Of a DNA stretch of 64,000 nt, positions 1 to 9,076 are shown piece by piece; positions within the stretch are counted from its first letter, which is position 1, and each line of letters opens with the position of its first letter. The notes under the pieces were generated by a model. It saw nothing but the letters and a program-made list of their open reading frames with translations. It did not search any database and was not told the DNA's origin. This DNA is from Terriglobia bacterium (lineage in GTDB: Bacteria > Acidobacteriota > UBA6911), in assembly GCA_963824985.1 (NCBI GenBank), contig CAWGRQ010000002.1, positions 582-64,581 on the forward strand, given 5' to 3'. Both the position numbers and the translations under genes were made by a program.

Positions 1-7
1 ATAACGG

Positions 8-811
8 TCATGTCTGCTGCTCCTTCTTGGCTTGCTGGTAGTAGGCCTCTTGTTCCTGCAGGGGCATACCCTCAAAATCGAGCCCGTCGGCCGCGGCCGC
101 CCCGGCGGCGGCCCGGACGCGGTCCCTGAAACGCAAGGAAGAACCGCGCAGGGCGAGTTCGGGGTCGACCCTTAGTTTACGCGCAAGATTGACCACCGCG
201 AAGAGCAGGTCGCCCACCTCGGCCGAGAGAGCATCCCGGTCCAGGCCGGCAGACCCCCCGGCCAACTCCTGTTCGACCTCCGCGGTCTCCTCTTTGACCT
301 TGGCCATGACCTCCTGAGCGTGCTCCCAGTCGAAGCCGACCGCCGCCGCCCGCTGCTGCAGCTTCTGGGCCAGGAGCATGGAGGGAAAAGCGTCGGGGAT
401 CTCGTGAAAGATGCCCTCCCGGCCTTCGGCCTCCCGCTTGATGGACTCCCAGGTCTCGCGCACCTGCTCCGGCGTCTCGGCCACGGCCTCCCCGAAGATG
501 TGAGGGTGCCGGCGGATCAGCTTTGCTTGGATGCCGGCCGCGATATCGCCCAGGTCGTATAGGCCTTCCTCTTCCGCCACGCAGGCCAGGAAGTACACCT
601 GGAACAGGAGGTCGCCCAGCTCCCCGCAGACCGGAGCCTCGCCGCACTCGGCCCGCCGGGCAATGGCATCGGCCAACTCATAGGTCTCTTCCAGCGTATA
701 GGCGATGATCGTCTCCTGGGTCTGTTTGCGGTCCCAGGGGCACTCTTGGCGGAGACGCAGTGTGAGGTCGTATAGTCGGGCCAGCTCCTCGACCAATGCG
801 GCGCGGTCCAC
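8..811 (-). CDS. mazG: Nucleoside triphosphate pyrophosphohydrolase MazG
   Basis: Motifs CPWDRKQT, LEETYE, ELGDLL, KLIRRHPHIFG, GFDW and EVGDLLF give the tandem MazG architecture. The stop overlaps an ATG (ATGA) at 11 that runs off the window. Confidence 0.95.
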   Translation of the reverse strand: MDRAALVEELARLYDLTLRLRQECPWDRKQTQETIIAYTLEETYELADAIARRAECGEAPVCGELGDLLFQVYFLACVAEEEGLYDLGDIAAGIQAKLIRRHPHIFGEAVAETPEQVRETWESIKREAEGREGIFHEIPDAFPSMLLAQKLQQRAAAVGFDWEHAQEVMAKVKEETAEVEQELAGGSAGLDRDALSAEVGDLLFAVVNLARKLRVDPELALRGSSLRFRDRVRAAAGAAAADGLDFEGMPLQEQEAYYQQAKKEQQT

Positions 812-820
812 GGCGGCCGG

Positions 821-1972
821 CTAGTCGGAGGCTGAGCCGGTAGTGGTGGTCGCCTGGTCGGTGGTCTCGCCCGTGGAGCCCGTCTCACCGGTGGAGGTGG
901 TGCCGCCCGAGGGCCGCTCCGTCACCGCGGTGTTGCTCGCCGAGGGGGGCGCGTAGCCATCGCGGTAGACCACACCCAGCGCAGCCATCTTGTCGCTGAG
1001 CCACTGCTCCCAAGCCGCGGCCTGCTTCTGTTCGAGCAGAGTGGTGCGGATCTTCTCCTTCACCAGATCGTAGGAGAGCTGGTTCTCGGGAGTGATGTCG
1101 GTGACTTCGATGAGGTGGTACCCGGAGGCCGTCTTGACCGGATCGGACAACTCGTCCTTCTGGAGCGCGAAGACCACCTCTTCAAAGGCGGGCACCGTCT
1201 GTCCTCTGACCACCGGGCCCAGCTCTCCGTTCTTTTCCCGGCTGATGGCGTCGTCGGAGTATTCCTCCACCGCGGTGACAAAATCTTTGCCGTTGAGGAT
1301 CTCACTGCGGATGCTCTCAGCCTCCGACTTCGCCGCGTCCCAGTCGTCCTGCGTGGGCGTAGCGGTGACGACGGCGCCGGCTGCGTCAACAAACGGCGAG
1401 ATCAGGATGTGGCGCACATCGCGGGACTCCTGCTCCACGTACTCGGAGGCGTGGGAATCATAGTAGGCCCGCACCTCGTCTTCGGTCAGGGTCGCGTCTT
1501 TCGTGACGGCGGCTTTCATCTTCTCGAACCATAGGCTCTCTTTGATGGCCTGGGTGAGCTCCTCCAGGGTCAGCTTCTGCTTCGCGAGGGCGTCGTTGAA
1601 CTTCTGCTCGTTGCCCAGAAACATCTGCTTGATCTGCTGCAGGCGCGCGTCAACGTCGGCCGTGGTGACTGAGACCCCGTACTCAGAGGCCTCCTGCCGC
1701 ATGACCTCCAGGGTCACCAAGTACTGCACCAACTGCAGCCTGAAGCTGCTGTATTCGGCCGGCTGCCTGCCCTCGTCGGGCGCCTGGCCGGCCGTCTTGT
1801 ACACCGCCTCGATCTTGTCAAGCTGGCCCTGCGATATGGGCGACTGCCCCACCGTGGCGATGACGCCCTCAGGCAACTCCTCTTTGCACCCTTGGACCGA
1901 GACGAGCACCGCTATCACCAGCAACAGAAGGAGCAGGCCGGCAGCGAGCCTTCTGATCAAGGTCGACCTCAC
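821..1972 (-). CDS. PrsA/SurA-like parvulin peptidyl-prolyl isomerase, probable lipoprotein
   Basis: Signal peptide ending VQGC, SurA-N-like helical region, rotamase motifs VRHILI, YSDD..S..NGELG, FEEVVF and GYHLI, and a Thr/Gly-rich tail. Confidence 0.9.
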   Translation of the reverse strand: MRSTLIRRLAAGLLLLLLVIAVLVSVQGCKEELPEGVIATVGQSPISQGQLDKIEAVYKTAGQAPDEGRQPAEYSSFRLQLVQYLVTLEVMRQEASEYGVSVTTADVDARLQQIKQMFLGNEQKFNDALAKQKLTLEELTQAIKESLWFEKMKAAVTKDATLTEDEVRAYYDSHASEYVEQESRDVRHILISPFVDAAGAVVTATPTQDDWDAAKSEAESIRSEILNGKDFVTAVEEYSDDAISREKNGELGPVVRGQTVPAFEEVVFALQKDELSDPVKTASGYHLIEVTDITPENQLSYDLVKEKIRTTLLEQKQAAAWEQWLSDKMAALGVVYRDGYAPPSASNTAVTERPSGGTTSTGETGSTGETTDQATTTTGSASD

Positions 1973-4089
1973 TTGTCCGCGTCTTGCGTCGCTTCCCCCT
2001 CAAAGAGCGCGAGTATATCATCCAGCACCTGCGTGACCGCCTCTCGCAGACCCCGCTCGTCGCCCCGCAACCCCAGGGTCAGCTGCCCTTGTACGGGGGC
2101 ATAGACGTAGCGCCGGTCGCGACTGCGCAGGCGTTCTCTTGAGGCGGGAGGCAGCGTCAGACCGGTGATGACCAGACGGCTCTGCCTCACCGAAAGAGAG
2201 TCGGCGTCCCATTCCTGCAAACGCACCCGCGTCTCACCCAAGAAGATGAGGTTGTCCACCGGGGCGGGGATCTCGCCGAAGCGATCGGCCAGCTCGGCCC
2301 GTAGATCGGCCAGCTCCCTCGGCGATGCCGCCGAGGCGATGCGTCGGTGCAGATCCACCCGGGCGGCCTCGTAGCCGATGAACCCGGCGGGGACGTGCGC
2401 GTCGAGGCCCACATCCACCCGGGGCACCTTCGCCACCACAGGTCCTTGCCCCTGGAGCTGAGCCGTGGCTTCATGAAGCATGGCCAGGTACATCTCGAAG
2501 CCCACGGCGGCTATCTGGCCCGACTGCTCCTCGCCCAGCAGCTCTCCAGCTCCCCGTATCTCCAGATCGCGCATGGCGATCTTGAAGCCGGAGCCCAATT
2601 CGGTGTAGTCGGCCAGGGTGGTCAACCGGGCCAGCGCTTCCTCGGTGAGCACCGCCTCGTCGGGATGGAACAGGAAAGCGTGAGCCACCCGGGCGGAGCG
2701 GCCGATGCGGCCCCGTATCTGGTAGAGCTGAGCCAGGCCCAGCAGATCCGCCCGGTCGACGATGAGGGTGTTGGCGTTGGGGATGTCCAGCCCGCTCTCG
2801 ATGATCGTGGTGGTGACCAGCACGTCGGCGTCGCCCCGCAGGAACTCCAGCATCACCTGCTCCAACTCCTGCTCGGGCATCTGCCCGTGGGCAACGGCGA
2901 AGCGGGCCTCCGGCATGAGAGCCCGCAGCCTCCCGGCCGTATTGTCGATGGTCTCCACCCGGTTGTGCAGATAGAAGACCTGGCCGCCTCTATCGATCTC
3001 GCGCTGGATGGCCCGCGTGACCATGCCTTCGTCGTACAGCCCCACGTACGTTTGGATGGGATGACGATCGCGCGGAGGTGTCTCGATGATGGTGACGTCG
3101 CGCACCCCCGACAGGGACATCTGCAGAGTGCGCGGGATGGGAGTGGCGGTGAGGGTGAGCACGTCCACCCGCACCTTCAGGCGGCGGAGCGCCTCCTTCT
3201 GGGTCACGCCGAAACGCTGCTCTTCGTCCACGATGACCAAGCCCAAGTCTTTGGGCTTCACATCCTGCGAAAGCAGGCGGTGAGTGCCTATGAGCACGTC
3301 CACCCTGCCGGCGGCGAACTCCTCCAATATGCGCTTCTGCTCGGCCGCCGAACGGAAGCGCGAGATCATCTCCACCTTCACCGGAAACTCGGCGAACCGC
3401 TCTCGGAAGGTGCCGTAGTGCTGCTGCGCCAGGATGGTGGTCGGCACCAGGACCATCACCTGCTTGCCGTCGAGAGTGGCCTTGAAGGCCGCCCGCAGCG
3501 CCACCTCGGTCTTGCCGTAGCCCACATCGCCGCAGAGCAGGCGGTCCATGGGCTGAGTCGACTCCATGTCGTCCTTGACAGCATCGATGGCCCGCTGCTG
3601 GTCCTCGGTCTCTTCGTAAGGGAAGGCCCTCTCGAAGCGCACCTGCCACTCCCCGTCTTCGGCGAACTGGTGCCCCTTGGTGGCCTGCCGCATGGCATAC
3701 AGGTGCAGCAGCTCCCCGGCCACTTCGCGGGCGGCTTTGCGCGCCCGGCTCTTGACGTGCTCCCAAGCCTTGCCGCCCAGCTTGGACAGGGCCGGCGCGG
3801 CTCCCCCCGCGCCCACGTAACGCATGACCTTCGCGATCTGGTCGTGCGGCACATAGAGCTTGTCCTGGTCGCGGAAGGCCAGGTCCAGGTAGTCGCGGGT
3901 GACTCCCGCCACCGTCTTGGTGGAGATGCCCTCGAAGCGGCCCACCCCATGATCCTCGTGCACCACGAAGTCGCCCTTGCGCAGGTCGCGGAAGCTGGAC
4001 AGCTCCAGACCGCTCGGCGGACGCCGGCCCGCCGCCGCCTTGTGGCGGCGCGGGAATACCAGGGAGTCGGTGAGCAGCGCCAGCTTCAT
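1969..4089 (-). CDS. mfd: Transcription-repair coupling factor Mfd, 5'-truncated (N-terminal UvrB-homology region missing)
   Basis: CarD/RID domain (VVHEDHGVGRF), helicase motifs GDVGYGKTEVA, DEEQRFGV, TATPIPRTL and QIRGRIGR, and TRCF C-terminus. Only about 700 aa are present; residues upstream of ~4089 in the ORF track are not Mfd-like. Confidence 0.93.
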   Translation of the reverse strand: MKLALLTDSLVFPRRHKAAAGRRPPSGLELSSFRDLRKGDFVVHEDHGVGRFEGISTKTVAGVTRDYLDLAFRDQDKLYVPHDQIAKVMRYVGAGGAAPALSKLGGKAWEHVKSRARKAAREVAGELLHLYAMRQATKGHQFAEDGEWQVRFERAFPYEETEDQQRAIDAVKDDMESTQPMDRLLCGDVGYGKTEVALRAAFKATLDGKQVMVLVPTTILAQQHYGTFRERFAEFPVKVEMISRFRSAAEQKRILEEFAAGRVDVLIGTHRLLSQDVKPKDLGLVIVDEEQRFGVTQKEALRRLKVRVDVLTLTATPIPRTLQMSLSGVRDVTIIETPPRDRHPIQTYVGLYDEGMVTRAIQREIDRGGQVFYLHNRVETIDNTAGRLRALMPEARFAVAHGQMPEQELEQVMLEFLRGDADVLVTTTIIESGLDIPNANTLIVDRADLLGLAQLYQIRGRIGRSARVAHAFLFHPDEAVLTEEALARLTTLADYTELGSGFKIAMRDLEIRGAGELLGEEQSGQIAAVGFEMYLAMLHEATAQLQGQGPVVAKVPRVDVGLDAHVPAGFIGYEAARVDLHRRIASAASPRELADLRAELADRFGEIPAPVDNLIFLGETRVRLQEWDADSLSVRQSRLVITGLTLPPASRERLRSRDRRYVYAPVQGQLTLGLRGDERGLREAVTQVLDDILALFEGEATQDADK

Positions 4090-4118
4090 CCGCCGAAAGA
4101 TGATCAGGCTGATCCCAA

Positions 4119-4314
4119 GCATCTGCTTAGCCGATGCTGAACAGCAGAACGCAAAGACGCAAGGACGCAAAGAGATTCTTTTCGGTTCGCCCAAGGATGC
4201 GCCAGCGCGAAGCGCTGCGCCCACGCCTGTTGCTCAGTGTCGGTCTTTGCGCCCTTGCGCCTTTGCGTCTTTGCGTTTTGCTTCTTCATCCATTTGATTT
4301 GGTTAAACAATTAC
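4119..4314. mobile_element. MITE family A, copy 1 (internally deleted), 8-bp target duplication GATCCCAA
   Basis: Ends GCATCTGCTTAGCC...GGTTAAACAATTAC. GATCCCAA occurs at 4111-4118 and 4315-4322. Homologous to 9077-9360, 11766-11858 and 46671-46947. Confidence 0.9.
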
Positions 4315-4402
4315 GATCCCAACGCTGTTCACTAGATCTGTGGAATCCGTGGCAAGCTTTTTGCGCTGATACGCAGCGACGGCCCCAATAAAACAGTAAG
4401 AT

Positions 4403-6610
4403 TCAGCTCAGCAACCGCACCACGGAGAAGGTGAGCCTGTAGTTCTCCTGGTCGGCCTGATCCAGACGCGTCAAAATTCTGGTCCCGAGCCTGAATTGGC
4501 GGCCGTGGCGCTCGCCGACGATGGTATGGGATGATTCTCTGTAATAGTACGAGTCGTCTATCAGCGTGGCCGCGGGCACGAAGCCTTCCACATAAGGATC
4601 CGGCAGTTCCACGAAAAATCCGTAGCGGATTACCGAGAAAACGATGCCCTCGAATTCCTCGCCGACCCTCCCGGCCATGAACTGAACCCTTTTTATCTTC
4701 TCCATCTCCCTTTCCGCCTCGTCGGCGTTCCGCTCGCGCGCCGACGCGTGAGCCGCGATATCCGGGAGCTTCACGGTCATGGCCTGTTGCCAGGCGGTTG
4801 GCGGAGCCGCCCGCAGACTCTCTTTCAGCAGCCGGTGCACGACCAGGTCGGGGTAGCGCCGGATCGGCGAGGTGAAGTGAGTGTAGACCGGGGCGGCGAG
4901 CCCGAAATGCCCGAGATTTTCGGCGGCATAACGCGCCTGCATGAACGAACGCAGCATCAGGTAAGCCAGGAACCGCCCTTCATCCTTGCCTTCGAGCCCG
5001 GCGACGAATTTCTGGAAATCCCGGGGCCGGTATTCACCGTCGTGTTTCTCGATCTTATACCCGAGGACTGCGGCAAACTCCGCAAATTCTTGCACCTTTA
5101 CCTCATCCGGCTTTTCATGCACCCGGAACAGGGCCGGACCCCGGGAATCGGCCAGCTGCCCGGCGACCACTTCGTTTGCCAGGAGCATGAATTCTTCAAT
5201 GATGCGATGGGCGATGTTGCGTTCCGCCGGCAGGATGCTGATCATCCGGCCACCCGGATCGAACTCAATCTCAGCCTCAGGCAGATCGAAGTCGACGGCG
5301 CCGCGGCGGTGCCTCTTCTTCGAGAGGATCAGGCACAGTTCCTCCATGGTTTCCAACATCGGCACGAGTCCGGCATAACGGTTTCGTTCCTCCGGGTCCT
5401 TGTCAACCAGGATGCGCGCCACGGATGTATAGGTCATCCGTGCTCGGCTGCGAATCACCGCCTCGGTGAAGCGTCTGCGGACGACGTGCCCGCGGCCGTC
5501 AACCTCCATGATGACGGAAACGACGAGGCGGTCCTCACCCTGCTTCAGGCAGCAGATGCCATTGGAAAGCCTGGGCGGGAGCATCGGGATGGCGCGATCC
5601 GGGAAATATACCGATGTCCCCCGGATGGCAGCCTCGGAGTCGAGCGCCGTGCCGTCGGCCACATAATGAGATACATCCGCGATGTGGACGCCGAGCAGTA
5701 GGTTTCCCGACGAGAGCTTTTGCAGGGTGACCGCGTCGTCAAAATCGCGGGCACTTTCCCCGTCGATGGTTACAGCCAGCTCATCCCGAAAGTCTTCGCG
5801 CCCGGCGCAATCCTCCTCTGTGACTGGATCGGGTATCGATTCCGCTTCCGCCAAAGCCTGAGGGCTGAAGCGCACCGGGAGGCCAAACCTGTGCTCGACG
5901 ATCCGGTATTCGATGTCGGGGTCACCGGGGAATCCCAGGACTTCGAGAATGCGCCCCTGGGGAGTCTGGTATCGGCCCGGCGGTACCAGCAGCTCAACGA
6001 CCACGATCTGGCCGTTTTTGGCGCCGTGGTTGTGCCGCGGCGGAATCGTGACGTCCTGAAACAGGCGCGCGTCCAGGGGAACGACCCTCGGGAAGCGGGG
6101 GTGCTCGTAGTAGCGCCCGACGATGCTCGGATGCTTGCGTTCCAGGACGCGCAGCACCGTTCCCTCCAACCGCTCACCCGGTTCGGATTTCATAGCCCGG
6201 TTGCGACGCCCGGGGCGGGGAACCCGCTTCCTGGAGGCCAACTTGATCAATACCCGGTCGCCGTGCAGGGCTTCTTCCATGTTGCGGGCGGGGACGAATA
6301 TGTCGTCAGGATATGCCGCGCGGTCCTCCGGCCTCACGAAGCCGTATCCGTCGCGATGGCAGGTGAGGATCCCGGACACCATGGCCTCTTTGGCCGGCAG
6401 CGTATAACGGCCCCTCTTGATGCGGTGAATGACCCCCTCGGCGTCGAGTTCATCCAGGTGGCGCTGAAGGCTGCGCCGGTCATCGCTATCGAGGTCGAGA
6501 AACCGCACGACGTCGCGGAAGGTGAAGGTCCGGCTGTCGAGCCGCTGCACAAACTGCAAAACCTGCTGTTTTTGGGTTGCGGTGAGCAATGCTGTTCCCC
6601 CCAAATTCAA
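4403..6610 (-). CDS. rnr: Ribonuclease R
   Basis: N-terminal HTH and cold-shock domains (HRDGYGFV, ALHGDRV), RNB motifs TIDGESARDFDDA and YTHFTSPIRRYPDLVVHR, and C-terminal S1 domain. Confidence 0.96.
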   Translation of the reverse strand: MNLGGTALLTATQKQQVLQFVQRLDSRTFTFRDVVRFLDLDSDDRRSLQRHLDELDAEGVIHRIKRGRYTLPAKEAMVSGILTCHRDGYGFVRPEDRAAYPDDIFVPARNMEEALHGDRVLIKLASRKRVPRPGRRNRAMKSEPGERLEGTVLRVLERKHPSIVGRYYEHPRFPRVVPLDARLFQDVTIPPRHNHGAKNGQIVVVELLVPPGRYQTPQGRILEVLGFPGDPDIEYRIVEHRFGLPVRFSPQALAEAESIPDPVTEEDCAGREDFRDELAVTIDGESARDFDDAVTLQKLSSGNLLLGVHIADVSHYVADGTALDSEAAIRGTSVYFPDRAIPMLPPRLSNGICCLKQGEDRLVVSVIMEVDGRGHVVRRRFTEAVIRSRARMTYTSVARILVDKDPEERNRYAGLVPMLETMEELCLILSKKRHRRGAVDFDLPEAEIEFDPGGRMISILPAERNIAHRIIEEFMLLANEVVAGQLADSRGPALFRVHEKPDEVKVQEFAEFAAVLGYKIEKHDGEYRPRDFQKFVAGLEGKDEGRFLAYLMLRSFMQARYAAENLGHFGLAAPVYTHFTSPIRRYPDLVVHRLLKESLRAAPPTAWQQAMTVKLPDIAAHASARERNADEAEREMEKIKRVQFMAGRVGEEFEGIVFSVIRYGFFVELPDPYVEGFVPAATLIDDSYYYRESSHTIVGERHGRQFRLGTRILTRLDQADQENYRLTFSVVRLLS

Positions 6611-6611
6611 A

Positions 6612-7091
6612 TTAAATTAGGAGCTTGCTGAGGGTGTGAAGCACGGACCGGCGATGGGTGCCGGCCCAGTAGATTCTCAGGCATTTGGGGCAGGATTTGA
6701 ATCGAGCCTGGGTTGCAAACACATAAGGAGGGACCCTTTCCCGGACGCCGTCGCGCGCAATATCCATAAGGGAGGCGTTGCACGTCAGGCAGCGGGTCAG
6801 GATGTCGGGCAGGCAGGTTGTGTGGGTGGCGGCAAACACCTGCCGGATCTGAGACTGGATATCCTCGCTCTCGAGAAAGATGAACTGTTGTACCGCTTTG
6901 CGCACCAGGAGGCGGGTATCGCGGGAGAGCAGGATGCGCCCTTCCGTCCGTGACAGCGCCACCAGTTCGTCGTCGGTGAACTGATTTGAGTAAAGTGCGT
7001 CGAATCCGGCGATGCGGAGCCACCGGGCCAGGCGCCCGAGCATGACGTCGACGACGAACATCGGCTTCGGGGCTCCGGGGAGCGTAGACAT
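6612..7091 (-). CDS. Mut7-C (DUF82) PIN-fold RNase domain protein with Zn ribbon
   Basis: FVVDVMLGRLARWLR, EGRILLSRD, RCLTCN...CPKC..IYWAGTH. Start could be 7091 or 7157. Confidence 0.88.
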   Translation of the reverse strand: MSTLPGAPKPMFVVDVMLGRLARWLRIAGFDALYSNQFTDDELVALSRTEGRILLSRDTRLLVRKAVQQFIFLESEDIQSQIRQVFAATHTTCLPDILTRCLTCNASLMDIARDGVRERVPPYVFATQARFKSCPKCLRIYWAGTHRRSVLHTLSKLLI

Positions 7092-7223
7092 GGCCTTAGC
7101 GCGAATCTGCCGCCGCCTCAGTTGAGCGGCCTCCCTGCGGGATTCGGATCTTTTCATCCAATGGGCCTCCGCCCTGAGCCCCCAACCTCACGGCTTCGAG
7201 GATCAGGGTTGTGCCTGCGGCGT

Positions 7224-8693
7224 CTATTCATTGAGCATCATCTTCAGCAGGTGGTTGAGTACCTGTGGATTTGCCTGTCCCTGAGTCTCCTTCATAACCT
7301 GGCCGGCGAAGTAACCGAGGAGTTTGTCCTTGCCGGACCGATATTCGGCCAGTTGCTTCGGATTCGCCGCTTTAACTTTCTCGATGATTGTGACCAGATC
7401 CCCCTCATCGCTGATCTGTGCCAGACCCAGCCGTTTGATAAGGACCGCCGGCTCCTCTCCGGTACGAAACATTTCTTCGAAGACGGTTTTGGCGATTTTG
7501 CCGGAAATTTCCCCTCCGTCAACCGCGGCGATAAGCGCTCCCAGCCGCGCCGGCGGCAGCGGGCATGATTCAATTTCGCCGCCGGAGTTCTTGAGGGCGT
7601 GGGCCAGGTCTCCTGTTATCCAATGAAGTGAGCCGCGCGGATTTCCTGAAATCCGGGCGCACTCTTCAAAATAGGATGCCAGGCCCGGACTGGCGGTCAG
7701 TTGCAGGGCCTCCTCTTCCGACAGCCGGTAGGCTTCTGCTAAGCGGTTCGCTTTCTCGAAGGGCAGCTCGGGGAGCGTGTCCCTCTGGGCATCGATCCAG
7801 GCGGGATCGAGCTTAAGCGGAGGCAGATCGGGCTCAGGAAAGTAGCGGTAGTCATGAGCTTCTTCCTTGCTGCGCATGGGTGCCGTGCACCCGGCGGCTT
7901 CATCCCACAACCGGGTCTCCTGAACGATGCGCCCCCCCTCGGCGAGAACGCCTGCCTGCCTCCCGATCTCAAAATCGAGCGCGCGCTGCAGGAAGCGGAA
8001 GGAGTTGAGATTCTTGATTTCGACCTTCGTGCCGAAGCAGGCCGAGCTGTCCGGCCGGATCGAGACGTTTGCGTCGCAACGAAGGCTCCCCTCTTCCATG
8101 TTGCCGTCGCAGACTCCGAGGTACAGCAAGGTCCGGCGCAGGTGAGTGAGGTAATCGTAGGCTTCCTGGCTGCTCCGGAAGTCGGGCTCACTCACGATTT
8201 CGATCAGGGGCACCCCGCTGCGGTTCAGGTTGACATAGGTTTTTGTATCCGTTTCCGGCATCCCATCATGCAGCGATTTGCCGGCGTCCTCCTCCAGATG
8301 CACTCTGGTTATGCCGAATACTTTCTCCCGACGGTTGGCGATGTGCCCGTCCACGGTTCGATCGCCGGAGAGCACCCGTAGCCGGCCGTCAACCGCCAGC
8401 GGGCGGTCAAACTGAGAGATCTGGTAGCCCTTTGGCAAATCCGGATAAAAGTAATTCTTCCGCGCAAATATGGACACCGGGTTGATGCGGCATCCGAGGG
8501 CCAGCGCCGCCCTGACGGCCATCACCACCGCCTCCCGGTTCAGATAGGGGAGCGCTCCCGGCAGCCCGAGACAGACGGGGCAGGTCTGTGAGTTCGGCGG
8601 GGCGCCGAACCGCGTGCTGCAGCCGCAAAACAACTTGCTGCGCGTGAGGAGCTGGGCGTGCACCTCAAGTCCGATCACGGGCTGAAATTCCAT
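7224..8693 (-). CDS. gatB: Asp/Glu-tRNA amidotransferase subunit B
   Basis: IGLEVHAQL, RKNYFYPDLPKGYQISQ, HLEEDAGKS, GNMEEGSLRCDANVS and DYRYFPEPDLPP. Confidence 0.97.
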   Translation of the reverse strand: MEFQPVIGLEVHAQLLTRSKLFCGCSTRFGAPPNSQTCPVCLGLPGALPYLNREAVVMAVRAALALGCRINPVSIFARKNYFYPDLPKGYQISQFDRPLAVDGRLRVLSGDRTVDGHIANRREKVFGITRVHLEEDAGKSLHDGMPETDTKTYVNLNRSGVPLIEIVSEPDFRSSQEAYDYLTHLRRTLLYLGVCDGNMEEGSLRCDANVSIRPDSSACFGTKVEIKNLNSFRFLQRALDFEIGRQAGVLAEGGRIVQETRLWDEAAGCTAPMRSKEEAHDYRYFPEPDLPPLKLDPAWIDAQRDTLPELPFEKANRLAEAYRLSEEEALQLTASPGLASYFEECARISGNPRGSLHWITGDLAHALKNSGGEIESCPLPPARLGALIAAVDGGEISGKIAKTVFEEMFRTGEEPAVLIKRLGLAQISDEGDLVTIIEKVKAANPKQLAEYRSGKDKLLGYFAGQVMKETQGQANPQVLNHLLKMMLNE

Positions 8694-8727
8694 CCTCGGG
8701 CCTCCAGGACTTATGAATCAGGCCGCA

Positions 8728-8736
8728 ATTATACCA
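8728..8736 (-). promoter_or_regulatory. Extended -10 promoter (TGgTATAAT) for gatB
   Basis: The minus strand reads TGGTATAAT about 35 nt upstream of the gatB ATG. Confidence 0.5.
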
Positions 8737-8892
8737 AAAAGAGAAATGTGCCCGGAAATCGTCCCGCTCTCGGGAGGGAAGTGAGCCTTCAAGCTCACTT
8801 TTGCGTGAAGCGATCGAGGATCGGCCATCGTCGCGATTGCCTATCCTGATGATTCACAACGACATGGGACTTTTGAGGACAGGACTGCGCGT

Positions 8893-8907
8893 TGGCACGG
8901 GACTTGC
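8893..8907 (+). promoter_or_regulatory. Sigma54 (-24/-12) promoter
   Basis: TGGCACG-GGAC-TTGC matches the consensus with exact spacing. It is intergenic and predicts +1 near 8919. Confidence 0.7.
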
Positions 8908-8917
8908 CATGGATGGA

Positions 8918-8998
8918 TCCTGAAAGGGGCACTGCCGGTCAGACGCCACTGAGGGGTGGAAGAGTTCGAGGCCCGGCGGTGCTCCTTTTGTTTCAGGA
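8918..8998 (+). ncRNA. Candidate sigma54-dependent small RNA (long hairpin with U-rich 3' end)
   Basis: AAAGGGGCACTGCCGG (8923-8938) pairs with CCGGCGGTGCTCCTTT (8973-8988) using two G-U pairs. There is an inner CCACT/GGTGG hairpin, the start coincides with the predicted +1, and no credible ORF is present. Confidence 0.45.
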
Positions 8999-9076
8999 AC
9001 GGGGGTCGGGTTAGGAAGATTTGGTTCTTGCGGCACGGTTCATCAAACAGGAGGCGGTCTGAAACACAGGTAAATT

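Noticed and set aside
1-11. Start of enolase (ATG ACC GTT AT on the minus strand)
   Set aside because: It fits the usual mazG-eno order, but three codons cannot support a call.
2347-4140. Long antisense ORFs (e.g. 597 aa here, 49610-51223, 40055-41344)
   Set aside because: They are shadows of well-supported genes on the opposite strand, expected in GC-rich DNA.
4090-4224. Shared N-terminus MGAALRAGASLGEP in ORFs at 4224, 9159 and 46873 as a protein domain
   Set aside because: It is translation of the MITE sequence, not a conserved protein.
4119-4314. CGCAAAGA/TCTTTGCG arrays as a CRISPR array
   Set aside because: The units are 7-8 bp with no unique spacers and no cas genes. They are internal to MITE A.
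8918-8998. Hairpin as tRNA-Sec, SRP RNA or 6S RNA
   Set aside because: There is no cloverleaf or CCA end, no SRP GGAA-loop/AGCAG motif, and it is too short for 6S.
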